This document shows, one piece after another, positions 27,334 through 36,653 of a stretch of 64,000 bases of DNA (position 1 is the stretch's first letter; each line of letters starts with the position of its first letter). Both the position numbers and the translations under genes were made by a program. Source of the DNA: an uncultured Ignavibacteria bacterium (lineage in GTDB: Bacteria; Bacteroidota; Ignavibacteria; Ignavibacteriales; Ignavibacteriaceae). Below the pieces are notes generated by a model. That model had not been told where the DNA came from. It was given only the letters and a program-made list of their open reading frames with translations, and did no database searches. The stretch lies in assembly GCA_963747755.1 (NCBI GenBank), contig CAVVGK010000001.1, forward strand, positions 21,024-85,023, written 5' to 3'.

Positions 27334-29295
27334 ATGAGTAAGTTCAAGTTACTATCTTTCTGGCTTCTGCTCATAATCGGTACTGCTTCTGTTTTTGCTC
27401 AGGATTATGTAAGAAAGGAAGTCGACGTTCCCAAAGTCGACTCCGGAGCAATAACAATTGATGGTCTGATGAATGAGGCGGAATGGGGCAATGCCGCTCA
27501 TGCCGATCTTATTACAAACAGCGGCTATGAGATATTCGCATTATATTATTACCGCGATGGATTATCAGCACCTGATTTTGATGCCCTTTATGCGAGGATG
27601 CTGTGGTCAAAGGATACTCTTTATGTATTTATGCACTGGGATGAATTCCATAATGATTCAACGAATCTTTACTGGAATGGTAAGTGGACAGGAGATCAGC
27701 TGTTTATAAGTCTTTCAGATCGTATAGCAAGGAACCTCGAAGGTAATTATGACGGCAACTCCTACGCAGCACCCGATGGTCCATATCATTATTGGGTTCT
27801 AGGACCGGATATGACATTGAATGGCGGGGATACTACGTATGTGCCTGAAGAATACAGGAAATGCCTTGATAAATCGGATTCACTCCAGATTTTCAATGCT
27901 TCTGACAATGCAAGATGGGCTGCCGTAATTGATACTAATACAGGCGTCTGGGATATGGAAATGGCCATCTATAACCCGAATGTTAACGCGCAATCCCGCA
28001 TAGGGTTCAACATCGGAGGAAGTGTAGGCTCAAGTTATACAGATATGCTTTACGGAGATGCATATGGATATTTTACCTGGCAGCCGAATATTCCTGATGA
28101 TCCTTTTGGGGATCCGTACGGAAATGGCGACCCAGGATACTATAACCTGGCTAATTCCGATTACTGGGCCGTTCTGAAATTTACACCCGGTAGTGATGAT
28201 ATTATAAGACACGAAGTTGATGTGCCTGGTGTCCAGAGAGCTAATATTACTGTAGATGGCTTGATGAATGAAAACGATTGGCAGAGTGCAGCAGACATAG
28301 GAATGATAACCAACTCGGGATATGAAATTTTTGCACTTTACTATTACCGCGATGGATTAACAGAGCCTGATTTGGACGAGCTTCGTGCAAAATTACTCTG
28401 GTCAGATAATTACCTCTATGTATTTATGCACTGGGATGAATTCCACAATGATTCCACGAATCTTTACTGGAATGGTAAATGGACTGGTGATCAATTATTC
28501 ATAAGTCTCTCTAACCGGTTAGGCATGGATATGAAGGGGTGGTATGATGGAAATTCTTATGCTGCACCTGATGGTCCTTATCATTACTGGGTGCTTGGTC
28601 CTGAGATGACCCTAAATGGGGGAGATACCACTTTTGTACCTGAAGAATTCCGCGGATCTAATTGCTTCGGAGATTCACTTCAGGTTTTCTATGCAAGCGA
28701 CAATGCTCAGTGGGCTGCAATAATTGATACCAATACCGGCGTCTGGGATATGGAAATGAAAATCTATAACCCAAATGTGGCAAATCAATCCTGTATCGGT
28801 TATAATATGGGCGGAAGTTTCGGATCAAGTTATACTGACATGCTTTATGGTGATGCTTACGCATACTGGACCTGGCAGCCGAATGTACCTGATCAGCCTT
28901 TTGCAGATCCCTATGGAAACGGGGATCCGGGATATTATAACCTGGCTAATTCCGACTACTGGGCTGTTCTGAATTTTGGGTCTCCGGTTACAGCAGTTGA
29001 TCCGGGTAATGTAACTCAACAAGTACCGACGAAGTACAATCTTTATCAGAATTATCCGAATCCATTCAACCCGAGTACAACTATTAAATTTGATATGCCT
29101 GAAAGGAGTACTGTAACTCTTCGCGTATATAACATACTCGGACAGTTAGTTACTACCCTGGTTAACAACCAGAATTTCTCTGCAGGAACTCATTCAGTTA
29201 ATTTCGATGCGAGTAAACTTGCAAGCGGTATCTACCTGTATAAACTTGAAGCAGGGGATATCCAGATATCCAAAAAAATGTTGTTAGTAAAATAA
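27334..29295 (+). CDS. Secreted protein with two tandem CBM9/DOMON-like carbohydrate-binding modules and a T9SS CTD
   Basis: RBS GGGAGG precedes the ATG at 27334 and a signal peptide is present. Two ~266-aa repeats begin (E/H)VDVP.V....IT(I/V)DGLMNE..W. The CTD is LYQNYPNPFNPSTTIKFDMP...GIYLYKLEAG...KKMLLVK. Confidence 0.7.
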   Translation: MSKFKLLSFWLLLIIGTASVFAQDYVRKEVDVPKVDSGAITIDGLMNEAEWGNAAHADLITNSGYEIFALYYYRDGLSAPDFDALYARMLWSKDTLYVFMHWDEFHNDSTNLYWNGKWTGDQLFISLSDRIARNLEGNYDGNSYAAPDGPYHYWVLGPDMTLNGGDTTYVPEEYRKCLDKSDSLQIFNASDNARWAAVIDTNTGVWDMEMAIYNPNVNAQSRIGFNIGGSVGSSYTDMLYGDAYGYFTWQPNIPDDPFGDPYGNGDPGYYNLANSDYWAVLKFTPGSDDIIRHEVDVPGVQRANITVDGLMNENDWQSAADIGMITNSGYEIFALYYYRDGLTEPDLDELRAKLLWSDNYLYVFMHWDEFHNDSTNLYWNGKWTGDQLFISLSNRLGMDMKGWYDGNSYAAPDGPYHYWVLGPEMTLNGGDTTFVPEEFRGSNCFGDSLQVFYASDNAQWAAIIDTNTGVWDMEMKIYNPNVANQSCIGYNMGGSFGSSYTDMLYGDAYAYWTWQPNVPDQPFADPYGNGDPGYYNLANSDYWAVLNFGSPVTAVDPGNVTQQVPTKYNLYQNYPNPFNPSTTIKFDMPERSTVTLRVYNILGQLVTTLVNNQNFSAGTHSVNFDASKLASGIYLYKLEAGDIQISKKMLLVK

Positions 29296-29307
29296 ATTAT
29301 AGTTTCC

Positions 29308-29331
29308 GTGCGGCAGAGAAATCTGCCGCAC
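29308..29331 (+). terminator. Terminator-like hairpin
   Basis: A perfect 10-bp stem GTGCGGCAGA / TCTGCCGCAC with the GAAA loop. The T-tract is weak (AGATTTATC). Confidence 0.55.
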
Positions 29332-29354
29332 AGATTTATCAACCGGAAAATTAT

Positions 29355-30308
29355 ATGAAAGCAGCTGTACTATACGGACCTCACGATTGGAAAATTGAGG
29401 ATCGCCCTACTCCCGGTATCGGAGAAAACGAAGTTTTGTTGAAGATCAGGGCATGCGGTGTCTGTCATTCTGAAATTCATCAATGGGATAAAAAAATTAG
29501 CGGACTGGAATATCCGAGATTTATAGGTCACGAGGTTGCCGGTGAAGTAATCGGAACGGGTTCATCCGTAAAAGACTTTAAAATTGGAGACAGAGTTGCA
29601 GCCTGGGCTGACGGCAAAGGTTATGCAGAGGAAATTGCTGTAAACCGGGATATGGTTTTTAAAATAAATGATAATATAACTTATACCGAAGCAATGGCAG
29701 AACCTATCGCCTGTACTACCAATGGTGTGATCAGAACGAATGTTCAGATGAACGATACCATCGCGCTTGTCGGGACAGGTTTTATGGGACTCATTCTTCT
29801 CCAGGAACTGAAACTAAGAGGTGCCTCAAAGATTATCGCAATAGATATAAGAGAGGAAATGCTTGATCTTGCGAAAGAACTTGGCGCCGATGAAGTAATA
29901 AACCCGGCAAAAGAAGATGCTGCCGGTAAAATAAAAACTCTGACAGACGGAAAGGGTGTTGATATAAGTTTTGAAGTAGGCGGTGTTCAGGCAACTCTCG
30001 ACCTGGCTCCTCAAATATGCAGAATGGAAGGAAAGCTTGTAATATTCGGATATCATCCCGGAGAGAGAAAAATAAATGACCTGGGCTACTGGAACTGGAT
30101 GGCATTTAATATAATCAATGCGCATTTCCGGGATATAGGGACAATATTAAACGGAACCAGGGTCGGTATGGATTTATTAAACTCTGGTAAAATAAAAATG
30201 AAAAAACTGATAACCCATCAATTTGAATTAAAAGAAATTGAAGCAGCATTCAATGCTGCCCTGACAAAACCAGCGGGTTTTGTTAAATCAGTTATTGTAA
30301 TGAACTAA
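29355..30308 (+). CDS. Zn-dependent alcohol/polyol dehydrogenase (MDR family)
   Basis: It carries GVCHSEIH, GHEVAGEV and the Rossmann motif LVGTGFMG. Confidence 0.85.
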   Translation: MKAAVLYGPHDWKIEDRPTPGIGENEVLLKIRACGVCHSEIHQWDKKISGLEYPRFIGHEVAGEVIGTGSSVKDFKIGDRVAAWADGKGYAEEIAVNRDMVFKINDNITYTEAMAEPIACTTNGVIRTNVQMNDTIALVGTGFMGLILLQELKLRGASKIIAIDIREEMLDLAKELGADEVINPAKEDAAGKIKTLTDGKGVDISFEVGGVQATLDLAPQICRMEGKLVIFGYHPGERKINDLGYWNWMAFNIINAHFRDIGTILNGTRVGMDLLNSGKIKMKKLITHQFELKEIEAAFNAALTKPAGFVKSVIVMN

Positions 30309-30331
30309 TAATACTGATCTATTCCGGTCTA

Positions 30332-33220
30332 ATGAACAGAGGTAGGCTTATGAAAATAAATGATACTTTTCTTAAAACAGCTTCAGTTGTATTTCTGAGC
30401 TTTATTCTATTTTATATCCCCCAGGATCTATATGCGGCTTCCGGTGGAAAAATCAACGGCAAAGTAATAGAAAAAAGTACCGGCGATCCCATGCCGGGTG
30501 TTAATGTTCAGTTAATGGGACAATCAGTAGGAGCTGCCACGGATGTAAACGGCGAGTATTATATTCTCAATATCCCGCCGGGAACGTATGAGGTTAAGGC
30601 ATCAATTATTGGTTATAAATCGATCACCAAGACCGGAGTTGATGTAAGTGTCAATCACACTACGGAGATAGATTTTGAGATGGAGGAGACTGTTCTTGAA
30701 CTTAATGAATCTGTTGTAGTTACCGCCGAAAGACCTCTTGTTGAAAAAGACCTTACTTCTTCCAGGCACTATGTTACTTCCAAAGAAATCGCTGTAAGAC
30801 CGACTACACAGTTGACAGAGGTACTGAGTACTCTGCCTGGAATTGATGTAAATGCAAATGGTGAATTGACCGTAAGGAGAGGGTCGCTGGATCAGGTTGC
30901 TTTTTTAATAGACGGTATGCGGGCTAGTAATCCTCTGAATTATCAGCCGTATACAAACGTAAACCTCTCATCAATCCAGGAGCTCGAAATAATAACCGGT
31001 GCCTTTAACGCCGAATACGGACAGGCTCAGTCGGGAGTTTTCAATATAGTAACAAAAGAAGGGTCCCCTAAATTTGAAGGCTACGCAGAAATGCGGTACA
31101 TCCCTTCGCATTTGCCTCATTGGGGAACAGCTTTTTATGATTATTCCAGTCCGAGATATTGGGAAAATTCTCACGCACGGCATCTCCAGTGGTGGATAGA
31201 CCATCCTGATCAGTGGGTTGATCTTAATGGTACACCGGGTAATAACCCTTCAACACAGTTTACGCCTGAACAGGCTTACGCGCATTATATGAGCACGCAT
31301 CAGCCGCTCAATGATTACACAAATGAGTCGGGTTACCAAACAGAGGTTTCGCTGGGCGGCCCGACACCTTTAAATGACCTATTCTTTTTTGTTACCGGTA
31401 AATATAGAAACGTTCCGCCGGTTACAGGGAACAGTTACAGAAACAGGGGAACCTGGTATGACGGAACGGCGAAGCTGACGTACAACCTTACTCCCCAGAT
31501 GAAGTTTATGGCTTCGGGTATTTATGGTGAGTCAAATACTAATGCAGGTATGGAGTATATGAATTCTGCATTTATATCCAGTTATGGACTTGCCAGCAAG
31601 TATGCCTATTATGATTTTGCCGGATACCCTGAAAACAGCCACAACGGTCAGACGCTTCAGTTTACTCACGTACTGGGTCAGAGTACATTCTATGTTCTTC
31701 AATTAAGCAGAATATTCGATTACACTTCCCAGTCGACCTTCCCTGGCGACGCAAACGGCTGGGATACAGGCGTGCCGGAACATGATATTCTGCGCGCAGT
31801 TGATTCACTTGGGAATGATATCCCCGGTGGAAATAGTGATCTTATCGGGCTTCATACTTCCGGCTATTACTATAGAGGTCACGATAAAAATACAGATTAT
31901 AGCTTTTCAGGAGACCTTACTTCTCAGTTAAGTTCAAAAACTCAGATTAAGGCAGGAGGCGATTTTACCTATTATAATCTCAACAGATTTCAAGAGGCTA
32001 AAGCAAACCGTGCGATAGAGAATAGTACATATCATCCTTATGAAGGAAATATTTATGCCCAGACCAAACTCGAATTCGAAGGACTGGTGGTTAATGCAGG
32101 TCTGAGGTTTGATTTTTATAATCCGAATGATAAAAAGTACCTGGATCCATTCGACCCGCTTGGAATTATTGCAGCTCAGCAGGACAGTACCACTCCGAAT
32201 CCGGAGACTGAGCCTACGTCAACATTTAATCAGATCTCGCCCAGGCTTGGTATTTCTCATCCAATATCAGAAAATACAGTATTGCATTTTTCCTACGGTC
32301 ACTTTTTTCAGAGAGCGAATTTCGGAGATTACGGAGAAGGCAGTTATGTATCGGGTATCCTTAATACATATATAACTGATCCAGAGTCTGGTTCTCCAAT
32401 AGTATTTAACCTGGGAAACAGGGATTTAAAGCCCCGCAAAACTGTTGAATATGAACTTGGGATCGAACACAATCTTTCGGGAGTCGTACTTGATCTTACG
32501 GCGTATTATAAAGACATTACGCAGACAGTAAGGACTATAACTGTTTATATGCGTAACGGCGCTGCTTACAAGACTTCAGGAAACGGAGATTATGGTGATT
32601 CAAAAGGAGTAGAAATTTCAATCAGGAAACCAATAACAGGGTACTGGGGAGGATATCTGAATTATACCTTTACAAGTGGTATAAATGGACGCTCCGGTGA
32701 TCCGACTACAATAGTCCCTCCCGGTTCAGACATTCAGGTAGGTCAAACTACTTTTATAGGTGATCAGATAGTCTATGATGAACCGAAATTAAAATTCGGT
32801 CTTACTTTTGTCACTCCTTCAGATTTCGATTACCTCGGTGGTATTTTTAAGGATATACAGTTTTCAATAGATTACCAGATATACTATCCCAATAAGAACA
32901 TCGCCAGTGATGTATTTTCAGAGGCAGGCACACAGTATGAACGATACGCTGATAAAAATGCTGATATAAGGATCAGAAAAGAAGTAGATTTTGGTATTCT
33001 CCGTCCTGCTTTTTTCATTGAAATCAGGAATGCATTTAATGATACATGGACCAATCTTGATATCGTCAAATCAGCTTCTCCGGAAGACAGGGTCGCTTTT
33101 GTAAATTCAGGCTTTTCTATTTACCCGATATCTCAGGTTGACGGAGCACCATTCCCGGATATGTTAATGTACAGAAACCTTCCAAGACAAATTACCTTTG
33201 GTGTATCATTCAGTTATTGA
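30332..33220 (+). CDS. TonB-dependent outer-membrane receptor with N-terminal carboxypeptidase-regulatory-like domain
   Basis: It has a CarboxypepD_reg segment (GKINGKVIEKSTGDPMPGVNVQLMG...GEYYILNIPPGTYEVKASIIGY), a plug region (VVVTAERPL...LPGI), a long beta-barrel and the terminal FGVSFSY. An alternative start lies at 30350. Confidence 0.85.
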   Translation: MNRGRLMKINDTFLKTASVVFLSFILFYIPQDLYAASGGKINGKVIEKSTGDPMPGVNVQLMGQSVGAATDVNGEYYILNIPPGTYEVKASIIGYKSITKTGVDVSVNHTTEIDFEMEETVLELNESVVVTAERPLVEKDLTSSRHYVTSKEIAVRPTTQLTEVLSTLPGIDVNANGELTVRRGSLDQVAFLIDGMRASNPLNYQPYTNVNLSSIQELEIITGAFNAEYGQAQSGVFNIVTKEGSPKFEGYAEMRYIPSHLPHWGTAFYDYSSPRYWENSHARHLQWWIDHPDQWVDLNGTPGNNPSTQFTPEQAYAHYMSTHQPLNDYTNESGYQTEVSLGGPTPLNDLFFFVTGKYRNVPPVTGNSYRNRGTWYDGTAKLTYNLTPQMKFMASGIYGESNTNAGMEYMNSAFISSYGLASKYAYYDFAGYPENSHNGQTLQFTHVLGQSTFYVLQLSRIFDYTSQSTFPGDANGWDTGVPEHDILRAVDSLGNDIPGGNSDLIGLHTSGYYYRGHDKNTDYSFSGDLTSQLSSKTQIKAGGDFTYYNLNRFQEAKANRAIENSTYHPYEGNIYAQTKLEFEGLVVNAGLRFDFYNPNDKKYLDPFDPLGIIAAQQDSTTPNPETEPTSTFNQISPRLGISHPISENTVLHFSYGHFFQRANFGDYGEGSYVSGILNTYITDPESGSPIVFNLGNRDLKPRKTVEYELGIEHNLSGVVLDLTAYYKDITQTVRTITVYMRNGAAYKTSGNGDYGDSKGVEISIRKPITGYWGGYLNYTFTSGINGRSGDPTTIVPPGSDIQVGQTTFIGDQIVYDEPKLKFGLTFVTPSDFDYLGGIFKDIQFSIDYQIYYPNKNIASDVFSEAGTQYERYADKNADIRIRKEVDFGILRPAFFIEIRNAFNDTWTNLDIVKSASPEDRVAFVNSGFSIYPISQVDGAPFPDMLMYRNLPRQITFGVSFSY

Positions 33221-33244
33221 AATTATTTTAAGAAGACTAATATC

Positions 33245-35470
33245 ATGATAAATAACAAATTCAAAACTTTCATAACTCTTTTAGGTCTCTTATTTCTTCT
33301 CGCTGTTTCTGCAGATGCTCAGCAAAATTCTACCACCCATACGAGAGGTAAATTATGGGAAACCTTATACAATTGGGGGTTTATTGGTGATCCCGGTGCC
33401 TGGGATTATACCGAAGTGACAGGTATAGGCTTCTTTCCTGGTTTTGCAGGTTTTACTTATCCGAATGATGAAGAGCTTGCTAACGGTTTTATTACCGATG
33501 CCAATTTTCATAACTTCAGATCAGGGCCCTGGATAATCGCAAAAGACGCAACTACTTTAATTCCTCCGGGATTTACTCCTCAGCAGAAAGATTTTTTACT
33601 TTACCATTCATCACTTGCTACGCTGACAGATGATTACGGTGTAGTTAGCGGTGACATTATGCCTTTCAAAAAGACGAAAAATTATTCCAATGAACCTGGT
33701 TTTAATCCTCAGCTTCCTGAAGAAATTAACTATGTGGAATTTCCGACTTCTACAGGGATCACTGTTAAACAAAGATCGATGGAATGGAGTTATCCGGGAT
33801 ATAACGATTTCATAATATATGATTATGTTTTTAAGAATACCGGTGAACTTGCAATACCTGCTGCGGCTAAAGTAATGCATTACGATCAGACACTCAATGA
33901 AGTCTGGTTTGTTTTCCACAGCGGCATACAGGTTTCAACTAAAGGTGTCATTAATTTTCATTACAACTCTGATTTCCTGTCTTCAGCCGCTCCGGCCGGC
34001 GGTTTCGGATGGCATCCCGGCAGCGGTTATACAGATTTCTGGGTTGTTCAGAATGATGATCCGACAGACAGTAAAGGTTTGTTTTACTATAGCAGAGATT
34101 ATAATGGAGGAAGACAACCAGTATCGTGGGATCAGTATGGATTAAAAACAAACTGGCAGGATCAGCTCAGGAAGGTTCCGGGGATGCCTCCGGAACTTCA
34201 GGATCCTTCGGGATTCGGATTCACCTTTCTTTACAGGACTCCTCCTCCCGGTGCTGATCCGAATAATGCAGACCCAACACACTTCAGTATATATTCTGAT
34301 GAAGCAGAAAAATTCGAGGGCAAGACTGTTGATTTTGAAAGTTTCGGGTTGCGTTCTTTCAGCCCCTCACAATTATATGATTTTATGAAAACTGACCACC
34401 GTGTACCTAACACAGGTAAACTTTATTGCTGGTACACGAGTTCCTTCGGACCCTATACTTTAGCTCCCGGCGATTCAGTCCGAATTATACTCGCTGAAGT
34501 TGCAGGAACACTCGACCTTCACCAGGTTTATCAGGGCGATCCGGATCACTGGCTGAAAAGCTTTGATGAAGGTGCTTCTGCCTATATGAATGATAGTCTT
34601 GCTGCAGATATGCAGCGAAATGTTGCTGCAGTTCGCAACGCGGTTAAGTGGGGTATCGGAGCTAAAGTCGATGGGATGGACCTTGCCGCTGATGTTCCGG
34701 ATTCTCCTCCTGCACCGGATTGTAAAGCCATTAATTCTTCTTATGGCGGTGATACAGCAATAATTGCGGTACAATGGAACAAAATCGCTGAAGAGACTCA
34801 ATATACTGATGGTTCAGGTCAGGTATTTTACGATGGCTCTACTGATTTAAGCGGTTACAGAATATACCGTGGAATTGATAAGAGAGGTATATGGGATTTA
34901 ATTGCAGATATTCCGAGGAGCGAATTAAGTAAATACTGGGATTCTGAAATTAATGAATATAACTATAAGGATTACACTGTCCAGTTCGGATTTGAATATT
35001 ATTATTATGTGGAAGCTTATAATTCAAACCCGAAACAGTGGACTTCTGCTAATGGTACTGTTGTGAACAGCCTGCCTGAACTTGCAAGCGGCGATTATAA
35101 CAGGACGCCTCTTACAAGTGCGAAACCGGGACCTGTTGACATACAGAAAGAAGGCTGGGATGTTTTTGTTGCTCCGAATCCTTACATAGATGGCGATCCT
35201 GAACATAGCTTTCCAACCCAGTATAAAATTGAATTCAGGAAGCTGCCTGAAAAAGCTACTATCCATATCTATAGCCTATCCGGCGATCTTATAAAAATAC
35301 TCCACCACCAGCCGGATGAGAACGGAAACCTTGCAGGAAGTATTGCCTGGGATCAGCGTTCGGATTCGGGTCTCCTGGTTGCTCCCGGACTGTACATTTA
35401 TGTAGTTGAATCAGAGACGGAAGGAACGGTAGGATCGAGAGCTACCGGAAAATTAATGATAATTCGTTGA
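33245..35470 (+). CDS. Secreted 741-aa protein of unknown function with a C-terminal FlgD-Ig/T9SS-like beta-sandwich
   Basis: It has a signal peptide and the C-terminus FVAPNPY...ATIHIYSLSGDLIKIL...WDQRSDSGLLVAPGLYIYVVES...GKLMIIR. The first ~620 aa match no family I recognise. Confidence 0.6.
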   Translation: MINNKFKTFITLLGLLFLLAVSADAQQNSTTHTRGKLWETLYNWGFIGDPGAWDYTEVTGIGFFPGFAGFTYPNDEELANGFITDANFHNFRSGPWIIAKDATTLIPPGFTPQQKDFLLYHSSLATLTDDYGVVSGDIMPFKKTKNYSNEPGFNPQLPEEINYVEFPTSTGITVKQRSMEWSYPGYNDFIIYDYVFKNTGELAIPAAAKVMHYDQTLNEVWFVFHSGIQVSTKGVINFHYNSDFLSSAAPAGGFGWHPGSGYTDFWVVQNDDPTDSKGLFYYSRDYNGGRQPVSWDQYGLKTNWQDQLRKVPGMPPELQDPSGFGFTFLYRTPPPGADPNNADPTHFSIYSDEAEKFEGKTVDFESFGLRSFSPSQLYDFMKTDHRVPNTGKLYCWYTSSFGPYTLAPGDSVRIILAEVAGTLDLHQVYQGDPDHWLKSFDEGASAYMNDSLAADMQRNVAAVRNAVKWGIGAKVDGMDLAADVPDSPPAPDCKAINSSYGGDTAIIAVQWNKIAEETQYTDGSGQVFYDGSTDLSGYRIYRGIDKRGIWDLIADIPRSELSKYWDSEINEYNYKDYTVQFGFEYYYYVEAYNSNPKQWTSANGTVVNSLPELASGDYNRTPLTSAKPGPVDIQKEGWDVFVAPNPYIDGDPEHSFPTQYKIEFRKLPEKATIHIYSLSGDLIKILHHQPDENGNLAGSIAWDQRSDSGLLVAPGLYIYVVESETEGTVGSRATGKLMIIR

Positions 35471-35500
35471 TGAAAAAGGATCATTGTCGGAGGATTTAAA

Positions 35501-36487
35501 TTGAAAAATTTTAAAATATTATTACTCGTTTTAATTATTGGAGCTATCCAGGTTAGTTATGGACAGTTCAATAAAGCCGGCAGAACATCTATGCAATTCC
35601 TCAAGATAGGCAATGGATCGCGACAGGTTGCACTAGGAGAGGCTTCCATAGCAGGTGTTCAGGACATCAACTCAATATTCTGGAATCCTGCCGCTATTAC
35701 CGGAATTGAAGGTGCGCAGGCTGCTTTCAACTACAATAAATGGATTGCCGATCTTAATGTGCTCTCGGGGGCCGTGGGATACAGCATTGACGGAATAGCT
35801 ACAGTCGCTTTCAATTATGTGTCGCTCGATTACGGCGATATCCCTGAAGCTTTGGTAACAAGCGGTTCCGGAAGTATCGATACCCGGACAGGTTCATTTT
35901 TTACAGGCAGCGATGTACTGATCGGATTTGGCGTGGCGCGCCGGTTTACAGATAAATTATCTATCGGGGTTAACGTTAAATTTATCCAGGAGAAATTACA
36001 TGTCTATACCTCATCTTTATGGGGATTTGATGTTGGAAGTTTTTATGATACTGGATGGCGCGGCATACGAATAGGAATGAGCGCACAGAATTTTTCGACC
36101 CAGGCAAGATTTTTACATACAAAAGAAGAGGAGCAGCAGACATATGAAATTCCTCTCATATACCGGATAGGGGTTTCGATGGATTTAATGGGAGGTGAAG
36201 ATCTGTTCCTGGGAGGTGAACCTGATCAGCATAAGATCACGTTTAACGTTGATGCTATTCACAGCAACGACTATAAGGAAAGACTGCACCTTGGACTGGA
36301 ATATAAAATCTACGGAATATTTTCTTTGAGGGGAGGATATAAAGTCAATTATGACGAAGGTAATCTGAGTTTCGGCGCAGGAGTTGACTATTCGATTGAC
36401 GGGGTCAGATTTAATTTTGACTACGCATATGTTAATTACGATTTTCTTCAATCACCACACCGGTTCACTGTCAGTTTAGGTTTTTAA
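35501..36487 (+). CDS. PorV/PorQ-family outer-membrane beta-barrel protein
   Basis: TTG start and a signal peptide. AGRTSMQFLKIGNGSRQVALGEASIAGVQDINSIFWNPAA matches the PorV/PorQ N-terminal signature. It ends in the aromatic LGF. Confidence 0.6.
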   Translation: MKNFKILLLVLIIGAIQVSYGQFNKAGRTSMQFLKIGNGSRQVALGEASIAGVQDINSIFWNPAAITGIEGAQAAFNYNKWIADLNVLSGAVGYSIDGIATVAFNYVSLDYGDIPEALVTSGSGSIDTRTGSFFTGSDVLIGFGVARRFTDKLSIGVNVKFIQEKLHVYTSSLWGFDVGSFYDTGWRGIRIGMSAQNFSTQARFLHTKEEEQQTYEIPLIYRIGVSMDLMGGEDLFLGGEPDQHKITFNVDAIHSNDYKERLHLGLEYKIYGIFSLRGGYKVNYDEGNLSFGAGVDYSIDGVRFNFDYAYVNYDFLQSPHRFTVSLGF

Positions 36488-36653
36488 TTTTTGGAATTCA
36501 TAGTCTTCCAATATTTAATTATTTCAACAAAAATTTTTTTTGTGTTTACTGTACTTAATATCCTCTTTCCAACTAATACTTCTGAAAAATTTAGATAAAC
36601 CACCCTCTTATGCAAAATTCTATACAATAGATATCTGATAAGAAAGGATATAA

